Source: a virus | Taxonomy: Duplodnaviria > Caudoviricetes | Virus record (IMG/VR): IMGVR_UViG_3300018049_000024 | Coordinates: 1-53,799 of that record | DNA: 53,799 bases | Reading direction: 5' to 3' (one strand) | Shown here: piece by piece, positions 1 to 9,998 of the stretch | Numbering within the stretch: position 1 is the first letter of the stretch | How the letters are laid out: each line of letters opens with the position of its first letter | Translations under genes and position numbers: made by a program | The notes under the pieces: model-generated | What the model was told of the DNA's origin: nothing | Database searches by the model: none | Seen by the model: only the letters and a program-made list of their open reading frames with translations

Positions 1-3000
1 AACTATGTTCTCAAGCAACACCTCATAGTAGATAATAAATCGCTAACTAAACTACATGAATATGATAAGCCACCTTTAAAAACATCAAACTTGTATGATA
101 TTGAAGTTGATTTGCGAGCAGATTTAGATCAGTATGGAACATCAAGACTTGAGGAAGCAAAAGTAATACTAGATATTGTAGACGGCAGAATTGATTCTGT
201 TCTTATAACAAATCCAGGCAGAGGTTATTTTGTATCCCCATCATATCATATTAAGAGCAGAGGACAAGATGCTATAATTGAATTTGATTTAAATTCTGTT
301 GGATCACTAATCCGTGCTCATGTTATCAACGGTGGTAAAAATTATCATGATGGTGCTGAGATAGAACTAAGACGATTTACAGCACTAGTTCGAAATGATG
401 AGACTATAGAAGGCAAATGGGCACTATATGAGCGAGATCGTAACGCAGATTCGTGGCGTAGAATACAAAGTCAAGGTTATGATGTTAGATTGTATTGGGA
501 TTATATAGATTGGTATAAAGCAGGATTTAGTGAGGTATCAGCAGTAAAGCATATTGTGCAGTATTCATATGAGTTACCAAGTGTAGAAGATTCAATAGGT
601 GATCTTGTAAAAATTAATCATATTGGATCAGGCGGTTGGTTGTTGTTGCGAAAAATAGACAATCAGCTAAATGTAGATTATACTGTAAATTATGAAACTA
701 TTGGGCGTGAAAAAGGAACTATAGAATTTAAGTCCTCATTATATGATCCGTTTGCTGGACTTGTAAATTTTGATATTATAAACTATGATATCAATTTTTA
801 TGATGGATTACCAAGTAAAGAAATTCGATATATAGCTCAAGCAATAAAAGAAGATATTTTTATAGATGATTTAGCAGTAGAATACAATAAACTATTTTTT
901 GCCGCTATTCGTTATGTGCTAACAGAAGGAACTAATGTAGATTGGTTATTCAAAACATCATTTATTAGAGCCAAACACAATGTTGGAACATTGAGAGAAG
1001 ATATTACATTCAATAATGATAACTTGTCTAGTTATCAAGATTATATTAGTGAAGTAAAAGCATTCAAAGCAAAAATTAGGGAATATATTTCTTCATACGA
1101 AAAAACTGACTCCACTGTTAGTAGAATTACAGACTTTGACTTGCCTCCATATTATAGTCCAGAGCAAAAGAAGATTGTACCACATGCAATAAAAATATGG
1201 GATGATAACTTATTAGGGGCACAGTTTGTTGATACATATCCAAATAAAAATTGGTATGATAATAGTTCATATGTATTAACAGAGGTTCGTATTGTAGATC
1301 CGGGCTATGGTTATCAAAGCCCTCCACAAGTAGTGCTAACTGGAGGAGGTGGCAGCGGTGCTAAGATTAGGACTCATTTAGGATCTAACGGAATAGTACG
1401 ATTAGCAGAGATTATAGATGAAGGCAAAGGCTATTATTCATTACCAAAGATTACTATTAACGGATCGCTTGAAGAAGGCGGGCGTCCTGTAATATTGAGT
1501 GTAAAGATTGGCAGAGCACTACCAAGAAGTCTCAAAACAGATATTAAGTTTGATAGAATTACAGGAAAATATTTTATTACAGAATTAGAAGAAACTGATA
1601 ATATTATATCTTCAGGATCGCAATATGTATTTGATTTAACTTGGCCTATGAATTTGCGTAGGGGTTTTACTAAAGTTTACGTAGATGATAATGCTTTGCT
1701 TACAAGCCAATTTACATACAAAAATGTTTTGGATACAAGTAAGAGCTATGACAGGTATCACGGACAAGTTACATTTACAGTGCCTGCCCCAAAATATTCA
1801 AAAATAAGAATAGAATATATTAAAGACGCAGAATTACTTTCAGCAGCAGACAGAGTTAATTTATACTACGAGCCAGAGGTTGGACAGTTTGGAAAAGATT
1901 TGTCGCAGCTAATGGACGGAGTTGATTATGGAGGAGTTGAAGTAAAAGCATTTGACTTTGGAAATAAAGTTGGGTGGGATACTGAGAATTGGTATGATAC
2001 ATCTTGGGATTCATATGATTTGACATTTACAGATCAGTCTTTCAAAGTTATTCCTAATATACTGCTTTTCCCGCAGCTAGGATATAAACTTTGGATTAAT
2101 TGGGGACTCGTTGGTAGAGATATAAATTTTGCTAAAGATCCTCTAAATCTTCCTGCTATGGCAAGCCCAAGTTTTATCAATATTTACAACAAAGGTAGCC
2201 AGTTTGAAATGGCAGATTTGATCCATGGCGAGGATGTTCAAAAATATGCTTTGGGAACACTAACAGATCCAGATGCGTTGAGCGTGATAGACAATTATCT
2301 AATACCTAGATTTGGTGAGCTAACAGCAGATGAGATTGACGAACTTATCAAAGATGGATTGCTAAAAGAGATTGCTTTTGAAGCACAGCAGCCATTAGAA
2401 AATGGTGAGATATATAATGTTTATTACAACGGCATACGGATTGATGATGAGCAATATGGAACTGGCAATGAGACAAATCCAAACGCCAAAATAAAAACTA
2501 TTACAGGTGATGGAACAAATATTAAGATTTTGTTAAGAGATGTTGGTATTGATCCAGAAGTAGATGATATGTTTGTGTTACGCAAGCCTTCATCTGATGG
2601 TAGCTTCCTCCCAAGTGAGTTTGATTATGATACTATGCTATCTGGTGGTAGTTTGACATACGCTAATGCTAAAGGTATTACTGCAGAAGAGATTGTAGTA
2701 GATGGTGATAATTTTATTACACCAATGACTAGCAAAGGACCAGAGGAGCAAGTGCCAGGACACTTGGTTGATACACTAGACATTACAGTATTTGAACGTC
2801 CTACGCCAGGCGTTAGCACAATCACTAGCCGCAACTTTACTACAGACGGCACAAATAAAATTTATCCAATAGGTGTGTCTCCTCTAACAGAACACTCACT
2901 CATGGTAAAAGTAGATGGGAAGCTGAAGAAAGTAAAAACAGATTATAAAATAAACTCAGCGGATCAAACAATAGAATTTACAAGAAAGCCTAGAGCAGGA

Positions 3001-5148
3001 AGAAAAGTAAGTCTTATTACATTAGATTACAGCGGCACTGATATTTTAGATGTAGATACTATTATAGCTGATGGAGTATCAGTAGGTTATTACATTAATG
3101 TTAGATGGAGTGAGGACTTATCAAGCCAAGTGTCTGTAAATGCTGAGAATCAAGATTATACACTAGTAAAATCAGATGACTCATCTTACCCAACGCCAGA
3201 CAATGTAGTTATACAGTTTGCACTTCCTCCACCTAAAGGATCTATTATACGCTACGCAATATTCAAAGGCGATGAAGGAAAATATAGTACAGTAACAGTT
3301 GATACATTTACAGCAGATGGATCTTCAATTGAATATCAGCTATCACAAATACCAGAGCAGCAAGAGCCAACAGAATGGTACACAATGGTATTGCTAAATG
3401 GAGATTTACTAAATCCAGGTTATGTTGAGACTATTACGCTAACAGATGCTAGGGAATATAAGTTGAAGTTATATCAAGTTCCACTATCCTCAGTTGATGT
3501 AAAGCAAATGCGAGTATTCCTAAATGATCACGAGTTGGAAAATATTAAGGAATGGAGATATAGTTCATTAGAAGAAATTGATCCATTGCTACACCCAGAT
3601 CAACAAGCAGGAAGCCTAATACAATTACAACGTGGAACTGGGCAACCTGGTGACATAATGAAAGTGTATGTAACAGGACAAGAGCATCATGTAAAAGACG
3701 CAGTAAGCTCAGGTGGTGATTATAGGTATGGATATTTTGATAAGTTTGGAGAGTTTGTAAAAACGCCAGGCATACTTTATATTAACAAGCCGCATAACGC
3801 AGGTGATGAAATTATGGTATATCAATTTAGCAACCATGATAGCCAAGGGATTGATTGGCAATCCTTCGACATTGAGGAGCGGACAGCATTACGACAAGGC
3901 TACATAGAAAGCTCAGCAGTGTTTATCGTTCCACACCCCACCTCAGATATTACTTTGGATTTTGAGCTGGAGTACGGGTCCTTATATAGCGTCACACTAA
4001 ACGATATTCGCATTGATGACATAAACTATGGATCAGACGACCCAGTAACAAACCCATTCGCAAAAATCAAACCAATAGAAGGTGATGGCACTAACATACT
4101 GCACCTACCAGATATTGGACCGTTCATCAAAGAGAACGATTTTATGAGGATTGAGAAAATAGGAGCTGAGATGATACACGATGCTAGTTCAAAAGATTGG
4201 TATGAGTTTAGATTGATGCAGAATGGATTTATCCCACTTAATAAGCCAGCTATTGAGGTATATTATGTTTGGGTAGCAGTAAATGGTAAACTATTAGCAC
4301 CAAGTGTAGATTATCGCTTGACAAATGATAAAAAATATATTAAACTAGCAAAGAACTTGCTCATAGGCGATAATGTTCAGACAATACATTTTAGTAATCG
4401 TCCGCAGTCAGGAAAACTTGGATGGAGGCAGTTTAAGGATGTTCTTAATAGAACTCATTATATGATTATTGATGGAACAAAAAATATCGAGCTAGCACAA
4501 GATTTGCATTGGAATGATAAGACAGTAGAGCTTGTTGATGCTTCTCATTTGCCAGATCCAGGCAAAGGCGCAAAAAATCCAGGCGTAGTGTTTATCAATA
4601 AAGAGAGAGTTGAATACTTTGAGCGTGTAAATAATAGGCTACAACAGTTGCGTCGAGGAACATTAGGAACAGGAGTCAATGCTGTTGTTCCTGCTGGAAC
4701 TGAGATTTATAATGGCTCAGTGACAATGATGTTGCCTTACAAGGATGAAACAAAAACGTTAACACATATAGCAGATGGGATATCTAATGAGTATGAATTA
4801 GATTTTGTTCCTAACAGTGTAAATGAGTTTGAAGTATATGTAGCTGGAATACGGTTGCGTAAAACACCTTTAGAGTCATATCAACTCAACAGTGATTTAC
4901 GAAAACAATATGCTAAAGACGGACAGCTAGTAGCACAAGATTCTCCTGAAGGTGATGTAACATTGCCTCCAGAGTTTGCAGTAGATGGCAATAAGTTAAT
5001 ATTGTTACATACTCCTGAGAAAAATCAACACATTCATATAATAAGAAAGCTAGGTGCTCCTTGGACAGAAAAAGGAAAGGCACTAGGCGAGAGCGAGACC
5101 CTAATAGCAAGAATGATCAAGTCTGCACAGGTGGATCTGCCTAGATAA
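1..5148 (+). CDS. Giant virion structural protein, baseplate wedge-like (5'-truncated, at least 1715 aa)
   Basis: Frame is open from base 1, so the true start is upstream. Repeated (N/D)xGxGY motifs (ITNPGRGY, VDPGYGY, IDEGKGY) and Ig-like beta segments resemble large myophage baseplate proteins; it precedes tail fibre genes. Confidence 0.7.
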   Translation, partial: NYVLKQHLIVDNKSLTKLHEYDKPPLKTSNLYDIEVDLRADLDQYGTSRLEEAKVILDIVDGRIDSVLITNPGRGYFVSPSYHIKSRGQDAIIEFDLNSVGSLIRAHVINGGKNYHDGAEIELRRFTALVRNDETIEGKWALYERDRNADSWRRIQSQGYDVRLYWDYIDWYKAGFSEVSAVKHIVQYSYELPSVEDSIGDLVKINHIGSGGWLLLRKIDNQLNVDYTVNYETIGREKGTIEFKSSLYDPFAGLVNFDIINYDINFYDGLPSKEIRYIAQAIKEDIFIDDLAVEYNKLFFAAIRYVLTEGTNVDWLFKTSFIRAKHNVGTLREDITFNNDNLSSYQDYISEVKAFKAKIREYISSYEKTDSTVSRITDFDLPPYYSPEQKKIVPHAIKIWDDNLLGAQFVDTYPNKNWYDNSSYVLTEVRIVDPGYGYQSPPQVVLTGGGGSGAKIRTHLGSNGIVRLAEIIDEGKGYYSLPKITINGSLEEGGRPVILSVKIGRALPRSLKTDIKFDRITGKYFITELEETDNIISSGSQYVFDLTWPMNLRRGFTKVYVDDNALLTSQFTYKNVLDTSKSYDRYHGQVTFTVPAPKYSKIRIEYIKDAELLSAADRVNLYYEPEVGQFGKDLSQLMDGVDYGGVEVKAFDFGNKVGWDTENWYDTSWDSYDLTFTDQSFKVIPNILLFPQLGYKLWINWGLVGRDINFAKDPLNLPAMASPSFINIYNKGSQFEMADLIHGEDVQKYALGTLTDPDALSVIDNYLIPRFGELTADEIDELIKDGLLKEIAFEAQQPLENGEIYNVYYNGIRIDDEQYGTGNETNPNAKIKTITGDGTNIKILLRDVGIDPEVDDMFVLRKPSSDGSFLPSEFDYDTMLSGGSLTYANAKGITAEEIVVDGDNFITPMTSKGPEEQVPGHLVDTLDITVFERPTPGVSTITSRNFTTDGTNKIYPIGVSPLTEHSLMVKVDGKLKKVKTDYKINSADQTIEFTRKPRAGRKVSLITLDYSGTDILDVDTIIADGVSVGYYINVRWSEDLSSQVSVNAENQDYTLVKSDDSSYPTPDNVVIQFALPPPKGSIIRYAIFKGDEGKYSTVTVDTFTADGSSIEYQLSQIPEQQEPTEWYTMVLLNGDLLNPGYVETITLTDAREYKLKLYQVPLSSVDVKQMRVFLNDHELENIKEWRYSSLEEIDPLLHPDQQAGSLIQLQRGTGQPGDIMKVYVTGQEHHVKDAVSSGGDYRYGYFDKFGEFVKTPGILYINKPHNAGDEIMVYQFSNHDSQGIDWQSFDIEERTALRQGYIESSAVFIVPHPTSDITLDFELEYGSLYSVTLNDIRIDDINYGSDDPVTNPFAKIKPIEGDGTNILHLPDIGPFIKENDFMRIEKIGAEMIHDASSKDWYEFRLMQNGFIPLNKPAIEVYYVWVAVNGKLLAPSVDYRLTNDKKYIKLAKNLLIGDNVQTIHFSNRPQSGKLGWRQFKDVLNRTHYMIIDGTKNIELAQDLHWNDKTVELVDASHLPDPGKGAKNPGVVFINKERVEYFERVNNRLQQLRRGTLGTGVNAVVPAGTEIYNGSVTMMLPYKDETKTLTHIADGISNEYELDFVPNSVNEFEVYVAGIRLRKTPLESYQLNSDLRKQYAKDGQLVAQDSPEGDVTLPPEFAVDGNKLILLHTPEKNQHIHIIRKLGAPWTEKGKALGESETLIARMIKSAQVDLPR

Positions 5149-5151
5149 ATA
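5145..5151 (+). promoter_or_regulatory. Putative late promoter ATAAATA
   Basis: T4-late-like (TATAAATA) motif 17 nt before the 5169 start; recurs upstream of several genes. Confidence 0.45.
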
Positions 5152-5168
5152 AAATAACGGGATATAAT

Positions 5169-5771
5169 ATGAAAGACAACAGTGGAATATTAGTTGAAGG
5201 ATATATCAAAATTTATGATCCAGAAACTGAGCAAGTATTTATAGATAAAAGAAATGCTATTCATTATGAGAATATGAGTATAGCACTTGCTCAAAGTTTA
5301 AGTAACGCAGGATCAGGTTTTATATATTCTATGAGTTTTGGTAATGGAGGAACAAGTGTTGACCCAACAGGAATTATTACCTATCTTACTCCAAATTCTA
5401 CAGGAGTTAATGCGTCTCTTTACAATGAGACTTACTCAAAAGTAGTAGATGATAGAAGCATTAATAATACAGATCCATATAGAAATAAAACAGAAGTAAG
5501 GCATGTTAGTGGCACAAATTATACAGATGTGCTTGTAACTTGTTTGTTAGATTATGGCGAGCCTGCAGGGCAAGATGCTTTTGATACAGCATCTGATAAT
5601 AATAATTTATTTGTATTTGATGAACTAGGCTTACGAAGTTGGAATCCAGATGGGCAAGGACTACTTATTACTCATGTATTATTCCACCCAGTACAAAAAA
5701 GTCTAAACAGATTGATTCAAATTGATTATACAGTGAGAGTACAAAGTCTCTCAGGATTGATAGGAGAGTAA
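5169..5771 (+). CDS. Conserved virion structural protein (baseplate/tail-associated), 200 aa
   Basis: Beta-rich protein between baseplate-like and fibre genes (motifs FGNGG, FDELGL, HPVQKSLNR); function inferred from context. Confidence 0.55.
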   Translation: MKDNSGILVEGYIKIYDPETEQVFIDKRNAIHYENMSIALAQSLSNAGSGFIYSMSFGNGGTSVDPTGIITYLTPNSTGVNASLYNETYSKVVDDRSINNTDPYRNKTEVRHVSGTNYTDVLVTCLLDYGEPAGQDAFDTASDNNNLFVFDELGLRSWNPDGQGLLITHVLFHPVQKSLNRLIQIDYTVRVQSLSGLIGE

Positions 5772-5772
5772 T

Positions 5773-7905
5773 ATGCCATATCAGATTTTATTTACAGATT
5801 ATGTAAACAAGTTAGGCATAGTAGTAGAAGACGGAACTATCAATCAAGAAACCTCACTAAAATTACCAGGGCGAAATGCTACTGCTTACGGCACAGTAAT
5901 TGCTGAAAACTTTTTACATTTATTAGAAAATTTTGCTGCTTCCACAGAGCCATCCGTTCCTGTTCAAGGACAGTTGTGGTATGACTCAGGTGATGACGCA
6001 GGAGAGCTAAGAGTTTATAACGGCACTGACTGGGTAACTGTAAATGGTGTAAACAAATCATTAGAGACTCCTACAAATCCTAGAGAAGGTGATTTGTGGA
6101 TTGATAGAAACAATTTACAACTAATGATGTTTACGGGTGAAGAAAAAGGCGCTGAGTGGGTGTTGATTGGACCGCAATTCCAAGGCGGTGTTGTAACAGG
6201 ATCAACTCCAAAAGCAGTTGTTGGCATTGACGATAATACTTATAATATTTTACAAATAGACATCAATGCTATGCCAGCAATGATTATATCTACATATGAG
6301 TTTACACCTAAAGTAAAAATACCAGGTTTTGTTACATTATATCCTGGTATGAATATGAGCACAAGATATGAGCCAGGGCAAAAGCCACTAAAGTATTTTG
6401 GAGTATCTGAAAAAGCTGAAAGTCTTATCGTAAATAACCAATCAGTTCCTGCTGGTAACTTTATGCGTAAAGATGAGATTAGCTCAACTTCGTTTTATTT
6501 GAATGTACAACATGATACTGGAATCAATTATGGACTAAATGCTGCTCTTAATGTAGGCGTTGATGGACAAGTAGGTGTTGTAAAAAGTAAAGTAGCAGGT
6601 GCTGGAGTTGATATTAGAGTTCGAGGCGATTCCTCTGACTTGTATGCTGTTAGAGCTACATCAGCAGAGTCACCAGTAACATTTACACAAGTAATTAGAG
6701 TTGGTATCAACAACAGAAACCCATCTACTACATTAGATGTAGCAGGCGATGTAAGAATATCTATACCAGTAGAAGATGCAACACAAGGAAACTTAGTTAT
6801 TGATAGCACTAAAGATAGTACCTTAATCAGCAATGGATCTATTGTAACTGCTGGCGGTATTGGTGTTGCGAAAAGTATTACTATTGGTGAAAAACTTAAA
6901 GTTGGATTTTTGGGTGCTAGTTATAATGATGGTGAGATTGAAACACGCAGAGTTATACCAGATAAAGACGCCTCACAAATTATTGACAAAGCAAATGATA
7001 TGTCATACATTGGAACTAAGGATCTAAAGTATGGCGAGATACACGCTCAAAACTTTTATGGAGATTTGACAGGTACTGTAAATGGATCAGTATCAGGTAG
7101 AGCAGGTTCAGCAAATCAACTGGCAGCAGCAAGCACATTCTCATTCGCAGGTGATGTAGAGCTTGAAGATGAAGTTATATTTTTAGGTAAAGGCGGATTA
7201 GTTCCGTTTGTTACAAGACTTAGTAACGGATTTATATCGTCAAAAGAACCTGTGGAAGAGATACAAAGAGATGATGAGCTTCTAGTCAATAGAATTAGAA
7301 CTGACATTGGTGTTAAAAAAGTAACAGTCCAAAAATTGCTTAGTGCGGTTCCAATTATGCCTATTGGTAGTATTGTTCCGTATGCAGGTGAAGAATCACC
7401 TCCAGGATGGCTGTTATGCGATGGACGAAAAGTGTTAAGATCAGATTATGTAGAGTTATTTGAGACTATTGGATTTTTATATCAAGGTGGAGTAGCAAGC
7501 ACAGATGGAATGTTTACTTTGCCAGACTTGAGAGGAAGATTTCCTTTAGGGATGCATAACATGGGCGGAATTGCTCCGTATGTTGAGGTTGTAGGAGAGT
7601 CTGCTGCTGAGGTGTTGGGAGCGCATGGCGGTGCTGATGAAGTAGATATTTTAGAAGAAAATTTACCAGATCACAAGCATACCTTGTTCCACAATAATAT
7701 GCAGTATTATGCTTTAGCTCAAAAGCAATATAACATTGCTGATTCTGAAGTAGATGATTATCACTTCTACACACAAACATCAGGATCATTAGATGGTGTT
7801 GGTATGAAGAATACGCAAGGTATAAAAACAACAGGATCTTTAGGGCAACCAATTAATAAAATGAATCCGTTTTTGACATTGAATTATATTATATACGCAG
7901 GATGA
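5773..7905 (+). CDS. Tail fibre protein with C-terminal tail collar domain, 710 aa
   Basis: N-terminal ENFLHLLENFA...GQLWYD module shared with the next two genes; collar motif PIGSIVPYAG..PPGWLLCDG..LFETIG..LPDLRGRFPLG. Confidence 0.8.
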   Translation: MPYQILFTDYVNKLGIVVEDGTINQETSLKLPGRNATAYGTVIAENFLHLLENFAASTEPSVPVQGQLWYDSGDDAGELRVYNGTDWVTVNGVNKSLETPTNPREGDLWIDRNNLQLMMFTGEEKGAEWVLIGPQFQGGVVTGSTPKAVVGIDDNTYNILQIDINAMPAMIISTYEFTPKVKIPGFVTLYPGMNMSTRYEPGQKPLKYFGVSEKAESLIVNNQSVPAGNFMRKDEISSTSFYLNVQHDTGINYGLNAALNVGVDGQVGVVKSKVAGAGVDIRVRGDSSDLYAVRATSAESPVTFTQVIRVGINNRNPSTTLDVAGDVRISIPVEDATQGNLVIDSTKDSTLISNGSIVTAGGIGVAKSITIGEKLKVGFLGASYNDGEIETRRVIPDKDASQIIDKANDMSYIGTKDLKYGEIHAQNFYGDLTGTVNGSVSGRAGSANQLAAASTFSFAGDVELEDEVIFLGKGGLVPFVTRLSNGFISSKEPVEEIQRDDELLVNRIRTDIGVKKVTVQKLLSAVPIMPIGSIVPYAGEESPPGWLLCDGRKVLRSDYVELFETIGFLYQGGVASTDGMFTLPDLRGRFPLGMHNMGGIAPYVEVVGESAAEVLGAHGGADEVDILEENLPDHKHTLFHNNMQYYALAQKQYNIADSEVDDYHFYTQTSGSLDGVGMKNTQGIKTTGSLGQPINKMNPFLTLNYIIYAG

Positions 7906-7909
7906 ATAA

Positions 7910-9958
7910 ATGAGTTATAGAATTAATAGAACTGATGGCGAGTTACTAATTGACTTGACGGACGGCGTCATAGATAAGTCTGTAACGGATCTTACACTAA
8001 TTGGTAAAAACTATAAAGGGTTTGGTGAATGGCTCAATGAAAACTTCATCAAACTACTAGAAAATTTTGCCTCTACATCACAGCCTCCCAATCCTCTGAC
8101 TGGACAGTTGTGGTATGACAAGCAGGATCAAAGGCTAAAGATTTTTAATGGAACTTATTTTCGTTCAGCAACAGGCACTATAGTCAATAGCAGCCAGCCT
8201 ACAAATTTAGTAGCTGGTGATATATGGATTGATAACGCAAATAATAGATTATACTTATACGATGGTGTAGATTTAACACTAGTAGGTCCTACTTATGATG
8301 TAGGACAAGGGCGTACAGGTTTTGAAGCTGATACACAATTAGATATCAATAATACAGCACATACCATTATGAAAATGTTTATAGGTGGTAAATTAGCTGG
8401 AATATTAGCAACAGAGGAATTTTGGATACCATATGATCACATTATTCCTACTTTAGATCCAGACCCAGAGGATACTTTCAAACCACCACGACAAAGACTC
8501 AAAAAAGGTTTCAATGTTGTAGATAAAGAAGCAGAATCTGGTGTAGATGGATTTTGGTGGCGGGGGACTTCGGATCAAACCAAGGCGTTACTTGATGATT
8601 ACGGTAATAGAAAAGAGTCTAAGCACTTTTTGCCAACAGATGGAGATGCTATTACAACAGGTTATATATCAATTAAGAACTCACAGGGTTTGATTATTGG
8701 TGTAGGTGATAGGCCTCATATTCAAACAAAAATATTTGGTAATACTACTTACATGGATAATTTAGAGGTTGATGCGAACTTTAGCTTGAGAGTAAAAAAT
8801 GCTCAATTTAAAAATAGTAACATTGAAGCATTTAGAGTTGATGCTTCAGAATATAAAGTGACGATGTTTGCTGATTTGCCTATTACATATCAGCCCTTAA
8901 CTAATTTGTATGATTTTAGTTTATTGAGTGCTCGCCCTAAATTAGAGTTTTGGGGAGATGCCTTTTTAGCAGGTAATCAACACTTTGCTGGAAATGTCAG
9001 CATACAGGGCGATTTAGATGTTGCAGGTACTACAGTTTATGTTAATACTGAGAATTTGTTTATACAAGATAAGAATATTGAGTTAGCTATTGATTCTGAT
9101 GGCAATATAGTAAATGATGCTTTTGTAGATGAAGGCGGGTTTATTCTAAAAAGTCTCGATGGCGATAAACAATTTTTATGGGATGTTACTTACAAAGCAT
9201 GGGAAGCTAATCAGCATATAAATCTTATAGCTGGGCCTAGTATTACCGATCCGTCTTTTATGATAGATGGTGTACCAATTTTATCAGCTACTGCTTTAGC
9301 AGCATCTGTAACAATAGCACCAGGTATGACAAAGCTAGGAACATTGACTGACTTGACAGTTGATAATGTTTTTATAAACGAAAACAAAATAGAAACTGTA
9401 GGGGTTGGTGTATATGGGCTTAAGATAGACCCAAAAGGTGATATTAGTGTAACATCACAGAAAATAGTTGATCTTGGGGATCCAGTCAATGACAAAGATG
9501 CTGCTCATAAACAGTATGTAGAAGAAACTATAGCAAGCCAAGGCGTTGTATTAGCATTTGACATCAATGGTTTGATGGTAGGTAACGATCCTCGAACAGC
9601 ACCATATAATGCTGGTACGATTGAGAATGTAAGAATAATAGCAGAGCAGATGAGATCAGCTACATTAGTATTACCAGGAACAGTGCTAAAGGTGTTGGCA
9701 ACATCTATCAAAGAGATTTCAGCTACAATTCCTGTAACAATTGGGTATGGCGATGATACTACAATACAGTTATCTAAAGTAACAGTTAGAAATTTTGATA
9801 ATACTGGGACAGTAAATGTTATTGAGGATATTGCAGCTAATAGTACAAGTGATGGCGTTAGTGCGGACATCAGTTTTGAAGTTGATCGGTTTGTTTATAA
9901 ATTTGAAAGCGATGGTTTTAACTGGATCAATCCTGAAGTAGAACAGTTAGTTATCTGA
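7910..9958 (+). CDS. Tail fibre/baseplate-associated structural protein, 682 aa
   Basis: Same N-terminal module (GKNYKGFGE..ENFIKLLENFA..GQLWYD); fibre motifs GDLDVAGTTVYVNT..DKNIEL and DPVNDKDAAHKQYV. Confidence 0.7.
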   Translation: MSYRINRTDGELLIDLTDGVIDKSVTDLTLIGKNYKGFGEWLNENFIKLLENFASTSQPPNPLTGQLWYDKQDQRLKIFNGTYFRSATGTIVNSSQPTNLVAGDIWIDNANNRLYLYDGVDLTLVGPTYDVGQGRTGFEADTQLDINNTAHTIMKMFIGGKLAGILATEEFWIPYDHIIPTLDPDPEDTFKPPRQRLKKGFNVVDKEAESGVDGFWWRGTSDQTKALLDDYGNRKESKHFLPTDGDAITTGYISIKNSQGLIIGVGDRPHIQTKIFGNTTYMDNLEVDANFSLRVKNAQFKNSNIEAFRVDASEYKVTMFADLPITYQPLTNLYDFSLLSARPKLEFWGDAFLAGNQHFAGNVSIQGDLDVAGTTVYVNTENLFIQDKNIELAIDSDGNIVNDAFVDEGGFILKSLDGDKQFLWDVTYKAWEANQHINLIAGPSITDPSFMIDGVPILSATALAASVTIAPGMTKLGTLTDLTVDNVFINENKIETVGVGVYGLKIDPKGDISVTSQKIVDLGDPVNDKDAAHKQYVEETIASQGVVLAFDINGLMVGNDPRTAPYNAGTIENVRIIAEQMRSATLVLPGTVLKVLATSIKEISATIPVTIGYGDDTTIQLSKVTVRNFDNTGTVNVIEDIAANSTSDGVSADISFEVDRFVYKFESDGFNWINPEVEQLVI

Positions 9959-9998
9959 TTTGGGGTAAATACAATATAATAGTTAGGGGTAACACAGA

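Noticed and set aside
2040-2390. Possible inserted dockerin/EF-hand-like segment in the giant structural protein
   Set aside because: It looks helical and atypical for the protein, but there is no convincing motif without an alignment.
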